Positions 29,473 through 39,400 are shown, numbered from the stretch's first letter. The stretch: 59,787 bases of DNA from Ignavibacteria bacterium (GCA_041859235.1 JBHEKV010000165.1:1-59787), one strand, 5' to 3'. Notes: generated by a model not told the origin, from the sequence alone. Translations and numbers: made by a program.

Positions 29473-31614
29473 ATGAAGAGGTATTATTCGCTTTTTATCG
29501 TCATTTCTTTCTTGTCCCTATCGTTTCTATCATTTAAGTCAACTGAAAATAAGATCGGGAATATGCTTACCAAAGCAATGGATAACCCGGCAAATGAAAA
29601 TTTTGTTGTTTGGGTATATTTTAAAGATAAAGGTCCAAACGCAATGGCCAAACTTAATAACCCGCTTTCAATCGTTTCACAACGTTCGCTGGATAGAAGA
29701 TCAAAAGTTAAACCTGCCGGAGAACTTCTTGATTACACAGATATTCCTTTGTACAGCGGGTATGTAAATTCTGTGGCTGCCGGCGTAATGAAGGTTAGGC
29801 ACCAGATAAAATGGCTTAACTGTATGAGCGTTGAAGTTAACCGCTCTCAGATAAATGCTATTTCAAATTTGGATCATGTTAAGGGAATTGAGCTTGTTGA
29901 GAAATTCAGGAGGATACCCGAAAATCCAGAGATATCCTCAGATGTAAGTCCTGTGTTTATAAACCCGAATGATGACCCGCTTGCCGATACCTTAACTTAT
30001 GGTACGGGCAACGCTGTTACCCAGATAACACAGATAAAAGTGAACCTTGTGCATAACCAGGGAATTAAAGGACAGGGAATTATGATTGCAAGCTTTGATG
30101 CCGGATTTTCGAACCTGACACACGAAGCTTTCACTACATACCCGATGAAGATACAGACAACTTACGATTTCCAGAATCATACACCTGTGCTTACCGGACA
30201 CTCACACGGGACAGCAACACTCTGCCTTACCGGCGGATATAAACCCGGCAAAATGGTGGGGCCCGCATACGGCTCAACTTTTATATTAGGCAGAACAGAA
30301 GTTGACCCCAATGAAGTTACCGCTGAAATGGATAACTGGATAGCAGCCGCACACTGGGCAGATAGTCTTGGCGCTGATATAATTACAAGTTCGCTTGGTT
30401 ACCTGGAGTTTGACCCCGGTTATACAAGCTATACCTGGCAGGATATGAACGGCAATACAATGCCTATTACAATTGCAGCAGATCTTGCGGTGAACAAAGG
30501 AATAATTGTAAGTAACTCAGCAGGCAACAACGGCTCAAGCACGCATAACACGCTTGGCGGACCCGCTGATGGTGATAGTGTACTCACAGTCGGAGCAGTT
30601 ACATCAACAGGCACAAGGTCTTCATTCAGCTCTATAGGACCCACAACCGATGTTCCTCCCAGAATTAAGCCTGATGTTATGGCAATGGGAAGCAATAATT
30701 ATTACGCATCAACAACAGCGAATAACTATTCCACAGGCAGCGGAACCTCGTTCTCATGTCCGCTCACTTCAGGGGTTTGCGCACTGGTACTTTCAGCCAA
30801 CAGGAATTTAACTCCGCTGCAGGTAATGGGAATTTTGAAAAAATTCGCAAGCAATTCAAGCTCACCAAACAACAATATTGGCTGGGGAATAATAGACGCT
30901 TCACTTTCGGTTGATTCAGCACGCAAGCTTGATAACTGGACTCCTGTTATTCTGCATACACAGCCGTTTACTATGACCAGTTTAACAACAGCAATTACAA
31001 TGAAGGCTAAGATAACTGATAACGGAATAATAAGGAACTGGACAAATGAAGCGCCGCTGCTTTATTACCGCAAGAGCACGAACGGCGGAACAACATGGTC
31101 AGCGTTCAGTTCAGTGAATTATACAGCAGTTAACCTGGATACATTTTCATTTGTAATTCCTGCCAGTGGTATTGGTACAATGGTACAATATTACTTTGCG
31201 GCACAGGATATAGCCCTTCCAACACCCAAAATGGTAACACTGCCGGATGGCGGCTCCGGTGTTACACCGCCGGGCTCTACAGCTCCGCCAACAAGATTCC
31301 AGTACATTGTTGCAATGGTTGGCATTGAGCCTGTTTCAAACGAAATACCTAATGTATTTAAACTGCATACAAACTATCCAAATCCGTTTAACCCGGTGAC
31401 AAAAATAAAATTTGATATTGCAAAGAATACAAATGCAAAGTTACTTGTGTATGATGTTTTAGGCAGGGTAGTAGAGACTCTGGTTAACGGCGACCTGAAA
31501 GCCGGCAGGTATGAAGTTGATTTTGACGGCTATGCGCTTTCATCAGGTGTGTATTTCTATAAACTTGTAACCAATGATTTTACAGATACCAAAAAGATGC
31601 TGATGATAAAATAG
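29473..31614 (+). CDS. Subtilisin-family (S8) serine protease with a T9SS C-terminal sorting domain
   Basis: Catalytic triad contexts IASFDAGF, HGTATL and GTSFSCP. Start taken at ATG 29473 (MKRYYSLFIVISFLSLSFLSF). C-terminal NYPNPFNPVTKIKF...GVYFYKL...KKMLMIK. Confidence 0.88.
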   Translation: MKRYYSLFIVISFLSLSFLSFKSTENKIGNMLTKAMDNPANENFVVWVYFKDKGPNAMAKLNNPLSIVSQRSLDRRSKVKPAGELLDYTDIPLYSGYVNSVAAGVMKVRHQIKWLNCMSVEVNRSQINAISNLDHVKGIELVEKFRRIPENPEISSDVSPVFINPNDDPLADTLTYGTGNAVTQITQIKVNLVHNQGIKGQGIMIASFDAGFSNLTHEAFTTYPMKIQTTYDFQNHTPVLTGHSHGTATLCLTGGYKPGKMVGPAYGSTFILGRTEVDPNEVTAEMDNWIAAAHWADSLGADIITSSLGYLEFDPGYTSYTWQDMNGNTMPITIAADLAVNKGIIVSNSAGNNGSSTHNTLGGPADGDSVLTVGAVTSTGTRSSFSSIGPTTDVPPRIKPDVMAMGSNNYYASTTANNYSTGSGTSFSCPLTSGVCALVLSANRNLTPLQVMGILKKFASNSSSPNNNIGWGIIDASLSVDSARKLDNWTPVILHTQPFTMTSLTTAITMKAKITDNGIIRNWTNEAPLLYYRKSTNGGTTWSAFSSVNYTAVNLDTFSFVIPASGIGTMVQYYFAAQDIALPTPKMVTLPDGGSGVTPPGSTAPPTRFQYIVAMVGIEPVSNEIPNVFKLHTNYPNPFNPVTKIKFDIAKNTNAKLLVYDVLGRVVETLVNGDLKAGRYEVDFDGYALSSGVYFYKLVTNDFTDTKKMLMIK

Positions 31615-31677
31615 CGGTAGCTATTTTAACAGAAGTCCCGGTTTACCCCATGGGGGTTTCAGTGGGATAGATAATTC

Positions 31678-31708
31678 AAACCCCGTTCCATTATGAATGG
31701 GGTTTTTT
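31678..31708 (+). terminator. Rho-independent terminator
   Basis: AAACCCCGTTC-CATTAT-GAATGGGGTTT followed by T6. Confidence 0.7.
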
Positions 31709-31736
31709 ATTATTCCTTTATTTTTCCTGTTTAAGT

Positions 31737-31744
31737 TATATTTG
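31737..31744 (+). promoter_or_regulatory. Candidate -7 box TATATTTG
   Basis: TAnnTTTG match 20 nt upstream of the hutI ATG. Confidence 0.3.
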
Positions 31745-31763
31745 TATAATCATACTTATTACC

Positions 31764-32996
31764 ATGAGCCTACTAATAGAAAACGCATCGCAGGTTGTAA
31801 CCTGCCACACAAGGGGCAGAAAATTCAAGGCAGGGAAGTACCAGTCAGAAATTGGTATGCTCAGAAACTCAAGCGTTTACTCAGAAGGCGGAAGGATAAG
31901 ATGGATAGGTAAAAAACTTCCCTCAGGCCTGAAGAAGAAAAAAATGCAGGTAATTGATGCGCGCGGTAAATGCGTTCTGCCCGGGCTCATCGATTCACAC
32001 ACACACCTTGTATTTGCAGGCAGCCGCGCTAATGAGTTTTCAATGCGCATAAAGGGCAGTACATATGAGCAGATAGCCAAAGCCGGGGGCGGAATTATAA
32101 GCACTGTTAAGGCTACACGCAAAGCTTCAAAGGAAGACCTTGCAGAGCTGGCTTTAAAACGAATAATATCATCAGTGAGCTATGGGGTTACTACAATTGA
32201 AGCTAAATCAGGTTACGGCTTAAGCACGGCAAGCGAGCTTAAAATGCTTGAAGTAATTAATGAGCTTAACCGCGAATTGCCGATTGATATTTACGCTACT
32301 TTTCTGGGAGCGCATGCTTACCCAAAAGATAAAACCAGATCAGAATACCTGGAGGAGATTCTTTATGAAATGATTCCGCAAATTGCAAAGCGTGACCTTG
32401 CAACTTTTGTTGATGTGTTTTGCGAAAAGAATTATTTTTCTGTAAGCGATACAAAAAAAATATTTATGCAGGGTATCAAATTCGGTATGGTACCTAAACT
32501 TCATACAAACCAGTTTTATTCCATTGGGGGAATTGAAGCAGCCATAGGCTGCGGAGCGATATCTGTCGATCATCTTGAAGTAATGAAACCGGCTGATATT
32601 AATGCGCTTGTGAATTCCGGTACAATAGCCGTCGTGTTCCCGTCTGTATCTTATTTTCTGGATATTCCCTATGCGCCCGCTCGTAAAATGATAGACAGCA
32701 AAATTCCCGTTGCAATTGCAACTGATTTTAATCCCGGCAGCGCTATGAGTGAAAATATCCAGCTTTCAATGAGCATGGCGATTCATTTACTGAAAATGAA
32801 TGTTGAAGAAGTAATTAACGCTGTAACTATAAATGCCGCTGCGGCGCTTGGTATATCACACAACACCGGCAGCCTTGAAACAGGTAAGCAGGCTGATATG
32901 GTTATTTTTGATACTCCCAATTATAATGACCTGCTGTATCACTTCGGGGTAAACCAGGCAGAAATCGTGATAAAAAACGGCCAGGTAATATTTTGA
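31764..32996 (+). CDS. hutI: Imidazolonepropionase
   Basis: PGLIDSHTHLVFAGSR, KAGGGI and a C-terminal amidohydrolase pattern. Confidence 0.92.
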   Translation: MSLLIENASQVVTCHTRGRKFKAGKYQSEIGMLRNSSVYSEGGRIRWIGKKLPSGLKKKKMQVIDARGKCVLPGLIDSHTHLVFAGSRANEFSMRIKGSTYEQIAKAGGGIISTVKATRKASKEDLAELALKRIISSVSYGVTTIEAKSGYGLSTASELKMLEVINELNRELPIDIYATFLGAHAYPKDKTRSEYLEEILYEMIPQIAKRDLATFVDVFCEKNYFSVSDTKKIFMQGIKFGMVPKLHTNQFYSIGGIEAAIGCGAISVDHLEVMKPADINALVNSGTIAVVFPSVSYFLDIPYAPARKMIDSKIPVAIATDFNPGSAMSENIQLSMSMAIHLLKMNVEEVINAVTINAAAALGISHNTGSLETGKQADMVIFDTPNYNDLLYHFGVNQAEIVIKNGQVIF

Positions 32997-33165
32997 TTTA
33001 CCTCTATAGCACTTAAATTTCAAGCATATTTAAACCATTCTAAATCCTTATTTTTCTGCAATAAAAGCCATTTTTTGGTGTTTTTAACTTCTATTTCCAG
33101 TTTATACAAACCATCGGCTTTAAATTTATGGGCAAAATCGCTTTTGCCCGCTTGAGTTGGAATTA

Positions 33166-33173
33166 TATCTTTG
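33166..33173 (+). promoter_or_regulatory. Candidate -7 box TATCTTTG
   Basis: TAnnTTTG match 40 nt upstream of 33213. Confidence 0.3.
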
Positions 33174-33212
33174 TTCATAAGTAATTAACTAACTAACAAC
33201 CAACTAACTACA

Positions 33213-34946
33213 ATGAACAAATTATTAAAGATCGTATTAATAGCAAATTTGCTTATACTTTTAATTGCGGCAATTGGCTGCAGTGAAGATGGCAGTATCA
33301 TAACAAACAATCCGAACAATGGCGGAAGCACTACAACTACAATTACAGGTATTGTTGTAAATGAAAACAACGAGCCGATTCAGGGAGTAACCGTAACAGC
33401 GCATGGACAAGTAAAAACATCCGGCGCAAACGGTGAATTTATGTTCACTGATATTACTGTTCCGCAGAACAGATTATTTGTTAAAGCCGAAAAATCAGGA
33501 TTTTTTACTGCAACCCGCGGAGATCAGCCTAAAGCAGGAGCGACAGTCGTAAAAATTACAATGCTGCCAAAATCTGTTACACACACAATTAATTCAACAG
33601 CCGGAGGTACCGCGAATCTTAACAACGGTTCAATGGTTGAAATTCAGCCCGGCTCTGTGGTAAAAAGTGATGGCACAACTTATAATGGTCCGGTAAATAT
33701 GTCAGTGGTATATATGGATCCCACCGATGTAAAATTTTCCGAAACGGTTTCAGGCGGAGATATGATGGCAAGAAGAAGTGACTCAACAGATGCAGTATTA
33801 TATTCATATGGCATTATGAAAGTTGAAATGGAATCACCCTCTGGTGAAAGACTGAACGTAACCGGCGGCAAACCTTCAACTATCACAACAACAATTCCCG
33901 CTTCGCTTGTATCACAGGCACCGGCAACAATTCCATTGTGGTACTTTGATGAGAACACCGGACTTTGGCGTGAAGAAGGCGTTGCTACCAAACAGGGTAA
34001 TAAATATGTTGGTACTGTAAATCACTTTACTGACTGGAACAACGATTATCCGGGATACTTAACAAGAGTTGAAGGCAAAGTAATTGACTGCCAGGGACAG
34101 CCTATGCCGGGCATAGTTGTAAAAGTAGGGCAGACAATCGCTGTAACAAACGAATTTGGGGATTACGTAAGAACAGTACCCACCGGGGTTGAATTTACAA
34201 TTTCAGTTGAACCAACACAGAATTTCGGAATGTCAGGTACACCAATAAATATTCCCGCATTAACACAGAACCAGGTTTACCAGGTACCGCTTTGCCAGCT
34301 TGCATGTTTCCCTGTTATCAGCGGAACTTTCAAAGACTGTAACAATAACAATATTTACGGAACACTTTCAGTATTCTGGGATAATCAGAACCAGGGAATA
34401 ATGCCTACCCAAACCGGTGCATTCAGAGTATACGTTGCCCCAAACAAGCAGGCAAGATTAAAGTTCACATCATACAGCGGCCAGATCATTGATACGGTTG
34501 TACAGACACCTTCAACACCAGTAACGCTTAATTTAGGCGACCTGCGTTCTTGCGGCGGCCAGACAAGCTGCGAAAACAGCTTTGTAATAACCGGGGCTGG
34601 ATACAATAATAAATTCGTCAGTCTGCAAACCTCAGTATCACTTGGAATATATTTTACCAAAGATGATGTAACAGGAATAACAGTTGCTGCAATGGATACA
34701 ACATCATTCTCACTGGTATTCCCGGGTAAAACAACAGGTTCTTTTGCATGGCAGTCAGGCTCACTTGTGTACAAAAGCTTAACTACGGCCGCTGCAAAAA
34801 CTGTAAATATCAATGTATCGGAATACGGCGCGGTGGGTGAGCATATCAGGGGTACTTTCGAAGGTACATTCCAGTCAGGCTCGGGTCCCGTAACAATTAC
34901 AGAAGGAAAGTTCTGTGTCACAAGGCAGCCTGACCACGAAGAATAA
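33213..34946 (+). CDS. Lipoprotein with an N-terminal carboxypeptidase-regulatory-like (CarboxypepD_reg) domain
   Basis: Lipobox LIAAIGC. ITGIVVNENNEPIQGVTVTAHGQVKTSGANGEFMFTDI. The rest is not recognised. Confidence 0.65.
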   Translation: MNKLLKIVLIANLLILLIAAIGCSEDGSIITNNPNNGGSTTTTITGIVVNENNEPIQGVTVTAHGQVKTSGANGEFMFTDITVPQNRLFVKAEKSGFFTATRGDQPKAGATVVKITMLPKSVTHTINSTAGGTANLNNGSMVEIQPGSVVKSDGTTYNGPVNMSVVYMDPTDVKFSETVSGGDMMARRSDSTDAVLYSYGIMKVEMESPSGERLNVTGGKPSTITTTIPASLVSQAPATIPLWYFDENTGLWREEGVATKQGNKYVGTVNHFTDWNNDYPGYLTRVEGKVIDCQGQPMPGIVVKVGQTIAVTNEFGDYVRTVPTGVEFTISVEPTQNFGMSGTPINIPALTQNQVYQVPLCQLACFPVISGTFKDCNNNNIYGTLSVFWDNQNQGIMPTQTGAFRVYVAPNKQARLKFTSYSGQIIDTVVQTPSTPVTLNLGDLRSCGGQTSCENSFVITGAGYNNKFVSLQTSVSLGIYFTKDDVTGITVAAMDTTSFSLVFPGKTTGSFAWQSGSLVYKSLTTAAAKTVNINVSEYGAVGEHIRGTFEGTFQSGSGPVTITEGKFCVTRQPDHEE

Positions 34947-35004
34947 AAATTAGTTTCAAATATGTTAATTGAATAAGCTTCAAATTTATGTTCCACTGTT
35001 TAAG

Positions 35005-35033
35005 ATTCCCGCTGACTAAGGCGGGAATTTTTA
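35005..35033 (+). terminator. Rho-independent terminator
   Basis: ATTCCCGC-TGACTAAG-GCGGGAAT followed by a T-run. Confidence 0.7.
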
Positions 35034-35084
35034 TTTAAAAAAATTATTTTTAATATTGAGCTCCCGTAAACAAATTAATAAAAA

Positions 35085-35609
35085 TTGAATAAAAAAGTTA
35101 TATTATACATAGCATGTTCACTTGATGGATTTATTGCCAGGAAGAACCACGATATATCGTGGTTGTTCATGGATCAGTCTTATGGCTTTGAGGAATTTGA
35201 AAAATCCTTCGGCGCAGCTGTTATGGGAAGGAAGACTTATGATTTTTCGCGGCAGTTCAGCGACCCGCCTTTTAAGGGCAAAAAGAATTTTGTGCTTACC
35301 ACACAACGGGAACTATATCAGGCATCAACAAATGAGCTTATCTTCTGCGGATATGATGATGTGATAAATTATATCAAAGAAAACAATGATGACAGCGGTG
35401 TATTTCTCGTTGGGGGAGTCAAACTCATAGCGGATTTTATAAACGATAACCTGCTTGATGAGATCGTTGTGGCTTTTCATCCCATTATTTTGGGTGAAGG
35501 TATCCCGCTTTTTCACGGGATAAATAAAGAAGTAATGCTGGTATATAAGGGAACAGAAGATTTTAATACCGGTCTTGTAAAGCTTAAATATGCCGTTAAA
35601 AAGCAGTAA
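35085..35609 (+). CDS. Dihydrofolate reductase family protein (RibD C-terminal domain type)
   Basis: VILYIACSLDGFIARKNHDISWL, MGRKTY and LVGG motifs. TTG start. Confidence 0.75.
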   Translation: MNKKVILYIACSLDGFIARKNHDISWLFMDQSYGFEEFEKSFGAAVMGRKTYDFSRQFSDPPFKGKKNFVLTTQRELYQASTNELIFCGYDDVINYIKENNDDSGVFLVGGVKLIADFINDNLLDEIVVAFHPIILGEGIPLFHGINKEVMLVYKGTEDFNTGLVKLKYAVKKQ

Positions 35610-35662
35610 ATTACTCTGCAAATGTGAAAATCCCTTACATTTAAACATTCAATAATAAATGC

Positions 35663-35670
35663 TAACTTTG
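35663..35670 (+). promoter_or_regulatory. Candidate -7 box TAACTTTG
   Basis: TAnnTTTG match 40 nt upstream of 35710. Confidence 0.3.
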
Positions 35671-35709
35671 TATGAATCAGCGTAATTAATACACTGCAAA
35701 ATATTATAC

Positions 35710-36234
35710 ATGGTGAGAAGATACCCAAAATCGCTTTCAAGCGGCACAAATAACACAGTTATAGCTGTTACCGAAACAGAAGCAGGAAAGCTTTTTTCCG
35801 GTGATACACGGAGTGATATTGGCTCTGAAGCTGAAAAAATGAAGTACGCTAATAAGGTTAACGGACTTGTTGTGAAGTTCATAAGGATTGATATTGACGG
35901 CGAAACAGGTAATGAAATGCTCGTGATGGAAAGATTATTTCCTATGGATTTTCGCGCATTTGAGACAGGTAAACGTGAACTTTGGTTCGATGTGTTTGAA
36001 GATGAGATAAAAGAACTTCATTCTGCCGGATTTGTGCACAGGGATATTAAAAGACCTGAAGAGCTTGAGGGTTTGCTATATGATAATGTACTGCTGACGG
36101 ATTCCGGTTTAAGGCTGATAGATGTTGGTATATCAGCTCTAAGGGATTCTGTTGGTGAAAAGCTTTTCAAGAAATACGTTGATGAAGAATTAAAGGAAAT
36201 TGAAGATTTTAAGAAATATTTTCTAAACAGATAG
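35710..36234 (+). CDS. Minimal protein-kinase-like protein (174 aa; Bud32/RIO-size)
   Basis: HSAGFVHRDIKRPEE...YDNVLL is catalytic-loop HRD-like. RLIDVGIS is DFG-like. LVMERL is hinge-like. The C-lobe is very short. Confidence 0.6.
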   Translation: MVRRYPKSLSSGTNNTVIAVTETEAGKLFSGDTRSDIGSEAEKMKYANKVNGLVVKFIRIDIDGETGNEMLVMERLFPMDFRAFETGKRELWFDVFEDEIKELHSAGFVHRDIKRPEELEGLLYDNVLLTDSGLRLIDVGISALRDSVGEKLFKKYVDEELKEIEDFKKYFLNR

Positions 36235-36257
36235 TTTAAGTATATTTATAATATTAT

Positions 36258-37877
36258 ATGAGAAAAATAGTTGAATGTGTTCCTAATATTTCCGAAGGAA
36301 GAGATGAAAGAATAATTAACGCCTGTGCTGATGCAGTCCGTGCAGTAGAAGGTGTAACCTTGCTTGATGTTGACCCGGGCAAATCTACCAACCGCACAGT
36401 ATTTACATTTGTCGGTGATCCTGATTCTGTAGTGGAAGCCGCATTCCAATTCACAAAAACTGCTTATGAACTAATTGATATGACAAAGCACTCAGGTGCG
36501 CACCCAAGAATGGGTGCAGTTGATGTTTGCCCCTTTGTACCTGTTGCGGGAGTGACCACTGAAGATTGTGTGGAGTGCTCCAAAAAATTCGGTAAACGGG
36601 TTGGCGAGGAGCTTGGCTTACCGGTTTATTTATACGAAGAAGCATCAACAAACCCCGCTCGCAAAGCATTAAAGCAAATCAGGCAGGGCGAGTATGAAGG
36701 AATAAAGGACAGGCTAACTAAACCTGAATGGAAACCGGATTTCGGACCGCAGGAATTTAACCCGCGCTTCGGCGCTATGGTTACAGGCGCAAGATTTTTC
36801 CTGATAGCGTATAATGTGAATATACTTGGTACCAAGGAGCAGGCTCACCGCATCGCGCTGAATATACGCGAGCAGGGCAGGGGACCCAATGAGCCGGGCA
36901 GGCTGAAAGCAATTAAAGCTATTGGCTGGTATGTTGATGAATACAACATGGCGCAGGTATCAATTAATCTGGATAACTATACCATTACCCCTCCGCATAT
37001 TGTGTTTGAAGAATGCGTTAAGGACGCGAAGGAACTGAACCTGGCTGCAGCAGGCAGTGAGCTGGTTGGACTTATCCCGCTTGAAGCAATGCTTATGGCT
37101 GCTGAGTATTACATAAAGAAAGAAAACCTTTTTATTGTTGATGAAAAGCAAAAGATAAGGCTTGTTGTTGAAAGGCTTGGTTTGAATTCAGTATCACCGT
37201 TTAACCCTGAAAAGAGAATTATTGAATATATGATAGCCGAAGGCGGCAGCGAACCGCTTGCATCAATGTCCGTTAGGAGTTTTGTTGAGCTTGTTGGCGC
37301 GCGTACATCCGCTCCCGGCGGCGGAAGTGTTTCCGCTCTCATCGCTTCAATGGGCGCTGGGTTGGGAGCAATGATGGGATGGATGAGCTACGGCACCAAA
37401 AAATTCGAGCATCTTGATGCTGATATGAGAAGGCTTATTGCGCCTTTGCATGAAAATATGAAAAAGCTTATCCCAATGATCGACGCTGATACGAATGCGT
37501 TCACTGATTACATGACTGCAATGAAACTGCCCAAAGATACCGATGAGCAGAAAAAGCTGCGCTCCGGACTTATGCAGGAAGGACTCAAGAAAGCTATCAA
37601 CGTTCCCCTTGGTGTAATGAAAACCGCAGATGATTGCTGGCCGTATATGATAGAGCTTGCCAAAATTGGTAATGCCAGCTCGGCAAGTGATCTTGCCGTG
37701 GGAGCTAAATCACTTGAAACCGGAATTTGGGGCGCATTGAAAAATGTTGAAATTAATATGGGACAGATAAGCGATGAGAAATATAAAAAAGATGTTATGA
37801 AAGAAGCAGGGGAGATTATGAAACGCGCTGAGAAGAATCTTGCTGAAGTTGAAAAAATACTAATTAGCAGGAATTAA
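36258..37877 (+). CDS. ftcD: Bifunctional glutamate formimidoyltransferase / formimidoyl-THF cyclodeaminase
   Basis: MRKIVECVPNISEGRDERII at the N-terminus. At 539 aa, the size and two-domain layout match fused FTCD. The C-terminal helical cyclodeaminase-like half contains APGGGSVSALIASMGAGL. Confidence 0.88.
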   Translation: MRKIVECVPNISEGRDERIINACADAVRAVEGVTLLDVDPGKSTNRTVFTFVGDPDSVVEAAFQFTKTAYELIDMTKHSGAHPRMGAVDVCPFVPVAGVTTEDCVECSKKFGKRVGEELGLPVYLYEEASTNPARKALKQIRQGEYEGIKDRLTKPEWKPDFGPQEFNPRFGAMVTGARFFLIAYNVNILGTKEQAHRIALNIREQGRGPNEPGRLKAIKAIGWYVDEYNMAQVSINLDNYTITPPHIVFEECVKDAKELNLAAAGSELVGLIPLEAMLMAAEYYIKKENLFIVDEKQKIRLVVERLGLNSVSPFNPEKRIIEYMIAEGGSEPLASMSVRSFVELVGARTSAPGGGSVSALIASMGAGLGAMMGWMSYGTKKFEHLDADMRRLIAPLHENMKKLIPMIDADTNAFTDYMTAMKLPKDTDEQKKLRSGLMQEGLKKAINVPLGVMKTADDCWPYMIELAKIGNASSASDLAVGAKSLETGIWGALKNVEINMGQISDEKYKKDVMKEAGEIMKRAEKNLAEVEKILISRN

Positions 37878-37884
37878 AATTTCA

Positions 37885-38553
37885 TTGAAGGCTGCAGAAT
37901 ATCCGCATGTAAAGATTTGCTGTATTAGCAGTATTGAAGAAGCAAATCTTGCTATTAAGTATGGCGCAGGCGCTATTGGACTTGTTGGTAAAATGCCCAG
38001 TGGCCCGGGTGTAATTAGTGACGAACTTATCGCAGAAATTGCAGCAGGAGTACCACGAAACATTGATACATTTCTTTTAACAAGTGAAACCACTGCGGAA
38101 GAAATAATCGGTCATCACAGGAAAGTGAATACATCAACAATTCAAATTGTTGATAGAATTGATACCGCTGTTTATATAACCCTGCGAAAAGAACTTCCGG
38201 GAATTAAGCTTGTTCAGGTTATCCATGTCTCGGATGAAGACTCGGTAACTGAGGCGGCACATTACGCTCAATACGCTGATGCTTTGCTTCTCGATTCCGG
38301 TAACCCCGGCCTTGCTGTAAAGCAGCTTGGCGGCACAGGCAGAACCCATAACTGGGAGCTGAGTCTGAAGATACGTGAGATCGTTAATATACCTATATAC
38401 CTTGCCGGTGGTATAAATCCTGCAAATGTAAAAGAAGCTTTTAACTTCGTCAAACCTTTCGGCATTGATCTTTGCAGCGGCGTGAGAACAGCGGGTAAAC
38501 TGGATGAGGCCAAACTGAAAGAGTTTTTTGAGGAAGTAAGAGCATTTATGTAG
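37885..38553 (+). CDS. trpF: Phosphoribosylanthranilate isomerase family protein
   Basis: VKICCISS (catalytic Cys context), LLLDSG, GGTGRTHNW, LAGGINPANV and DLCSGVR align with TrpF motifs. The TTG start lies 7 nt after the ftcD stop. Confidence 0.75.
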   Translation: MKAAEYPHVKICCISSIEEANLAIKYGAGAIGLVGKMPSGPGVISDELIAEIAAGVPRNIDTFLLTSETTAEEIIGHHRKVNTSTIQIVDRIDTAVYITLRKELPGIKLVQVIHVSDEDSVTEAAHYAQYADALLLDSGNPGLAVKQLGGTGRTHNWELSLKIREIVNIPIYLAGGINPANVKEAFNFVKPFGIDLCSGVRTAGKLDEAKLKEFFEEVRAFM

Positions 38554-38573
38554 TTTCCTTTCCCAAAACCCCT

Positions 38574-38599
38574 GTCACCCAAACTCCGGTTTGGGTGAC
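38574..38599. repeat. REP palindrome family A (GTCACCCAAAC-TCCG-GTTTGGGTGAC)
   Basis: Perfect 11-bp inverted repeat, read directly. Confidence 0.8.
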
Positions 38600-38690
38600 C
38601 AATACTTGAATAATATATTGGGTGTCTAATTCTTCTATTGTTAATAAATATCCAGTGTACAATATTAAATCAACAGGGCGTCAACTTCTG

Positions 38691-38724
38691 CTTCCCGATC
38701 CGCCATGCGTACCAGTTTGAGAAG
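38691..38724. repeat. REP family B, degenerate copy
   Basis: cttcccgatccgccatgcgtaccagtttgagaag aligns with 39401-39436. Confidence 0.5.
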
Positions 38725-38741
38725 CTAATTCACTTTGTTAC

Positions 38742-39275
38742 ATGAGAAGCATATACAAAATACTAAATCAGGAAGGGCTATACTTCGTAACTTCGACGAT
38801 AATTGAATGGCTTCCAGTTTTCAAAAATGAATTTTATTATAATATTCTTCTCGAAGCGATAAAATATTCACAAATTAAGAAGAATTTAAAACTATATGCA
38901 TACGTTTTGCTTGATAACCATTTTCATCTCATAGTCACCGGAGATAACTTGACAAATGTTTTTAAATCAATTAAAGGCTTTACAGCTAAAGAAATCATAA
39001 AACAATTGAAGTCTGATCAGAATGAAGAATTTTTGGAACTTTTCAGGATAAACAAACTAAAGCATAAAGTGAAAAGTGAGTTTCAAGTGTGGCAGGAGAG
39101 TTTTCATCCGCAGGAAATTTTAACTGAAAATATTTTTCAGCAAAAAATTGATTATATTCATATGAATCCTGTCAGAAGAGGACTTGTTAAAGAACCCAAA
39201 GAGTGGAAATATAGTTCGGCAGAATATTTTGCAGCCGGAATTGAAGGAGTGCTGCATTTAAATGGATTGGATTGA
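38742..39275 (+). CDS. REP-associated tyrosine transposase (RAYT; IS200/IS605 Y1-like)
   Basis: HUH motif in LLDNHFHLIVTG. Catalytic-Tyr region IDYIHMNPVRRGLVKEPKEWKYSS. The 177-aa size is typical. Confidence 0.85.
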   Translation: MRSIYKILNQEGLYFVTSTIIEWLPVFKNEFYYNILLEAIKYSQIKKNLKLYAYVLLDNHFHLIVTGDNLTNVFKSIKGFTAKEIIKQLKSDQNEEFLELFRINKLKHKVKSEFQVWQESFHPQEILTENIFQQKIDYIHMNPVRRGLVKEPKEWKYSSAEYFAAGIEGVLHLNGLD

Positions 39276-39300
39276 GAATGTTTAATACTGCCGTTTATGC

Positions 39301-39324
39301 TTTCCCAAACTGGAGTTTGGGAAA
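39301..39324. repeat. REP palindrome family A (TTTCCCAAACT-GG-AGTTTGGGAAA)
   Basis: Perfect 11-bp inverted repeat. Confidence 0.8.
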
Positions 39325-39400
39325 GAGGGGAATGTGAGGCTGGAGTTTTCTTAAAGACTTCGGTATAAGAAAGAGTGTATAATGTAAGTGTTTAAACTCT

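Noticed and set aside
31697-31912. 71-aa plus-strand ORF overlapping the hutI start.
   Set aside because: It is out of frame with hutI, begins inside the upstream terminator/promoter region, and has a basic low-complexity product.
33130-33149. GGGCAAAA-TCGC-TTTTGCCC hairpin as the hutI terminator.
   Set aside because: No T-run follows on either strand, and it lies about 135 nt past the hutI stop. The evidence is insufficient to call it a terminator.
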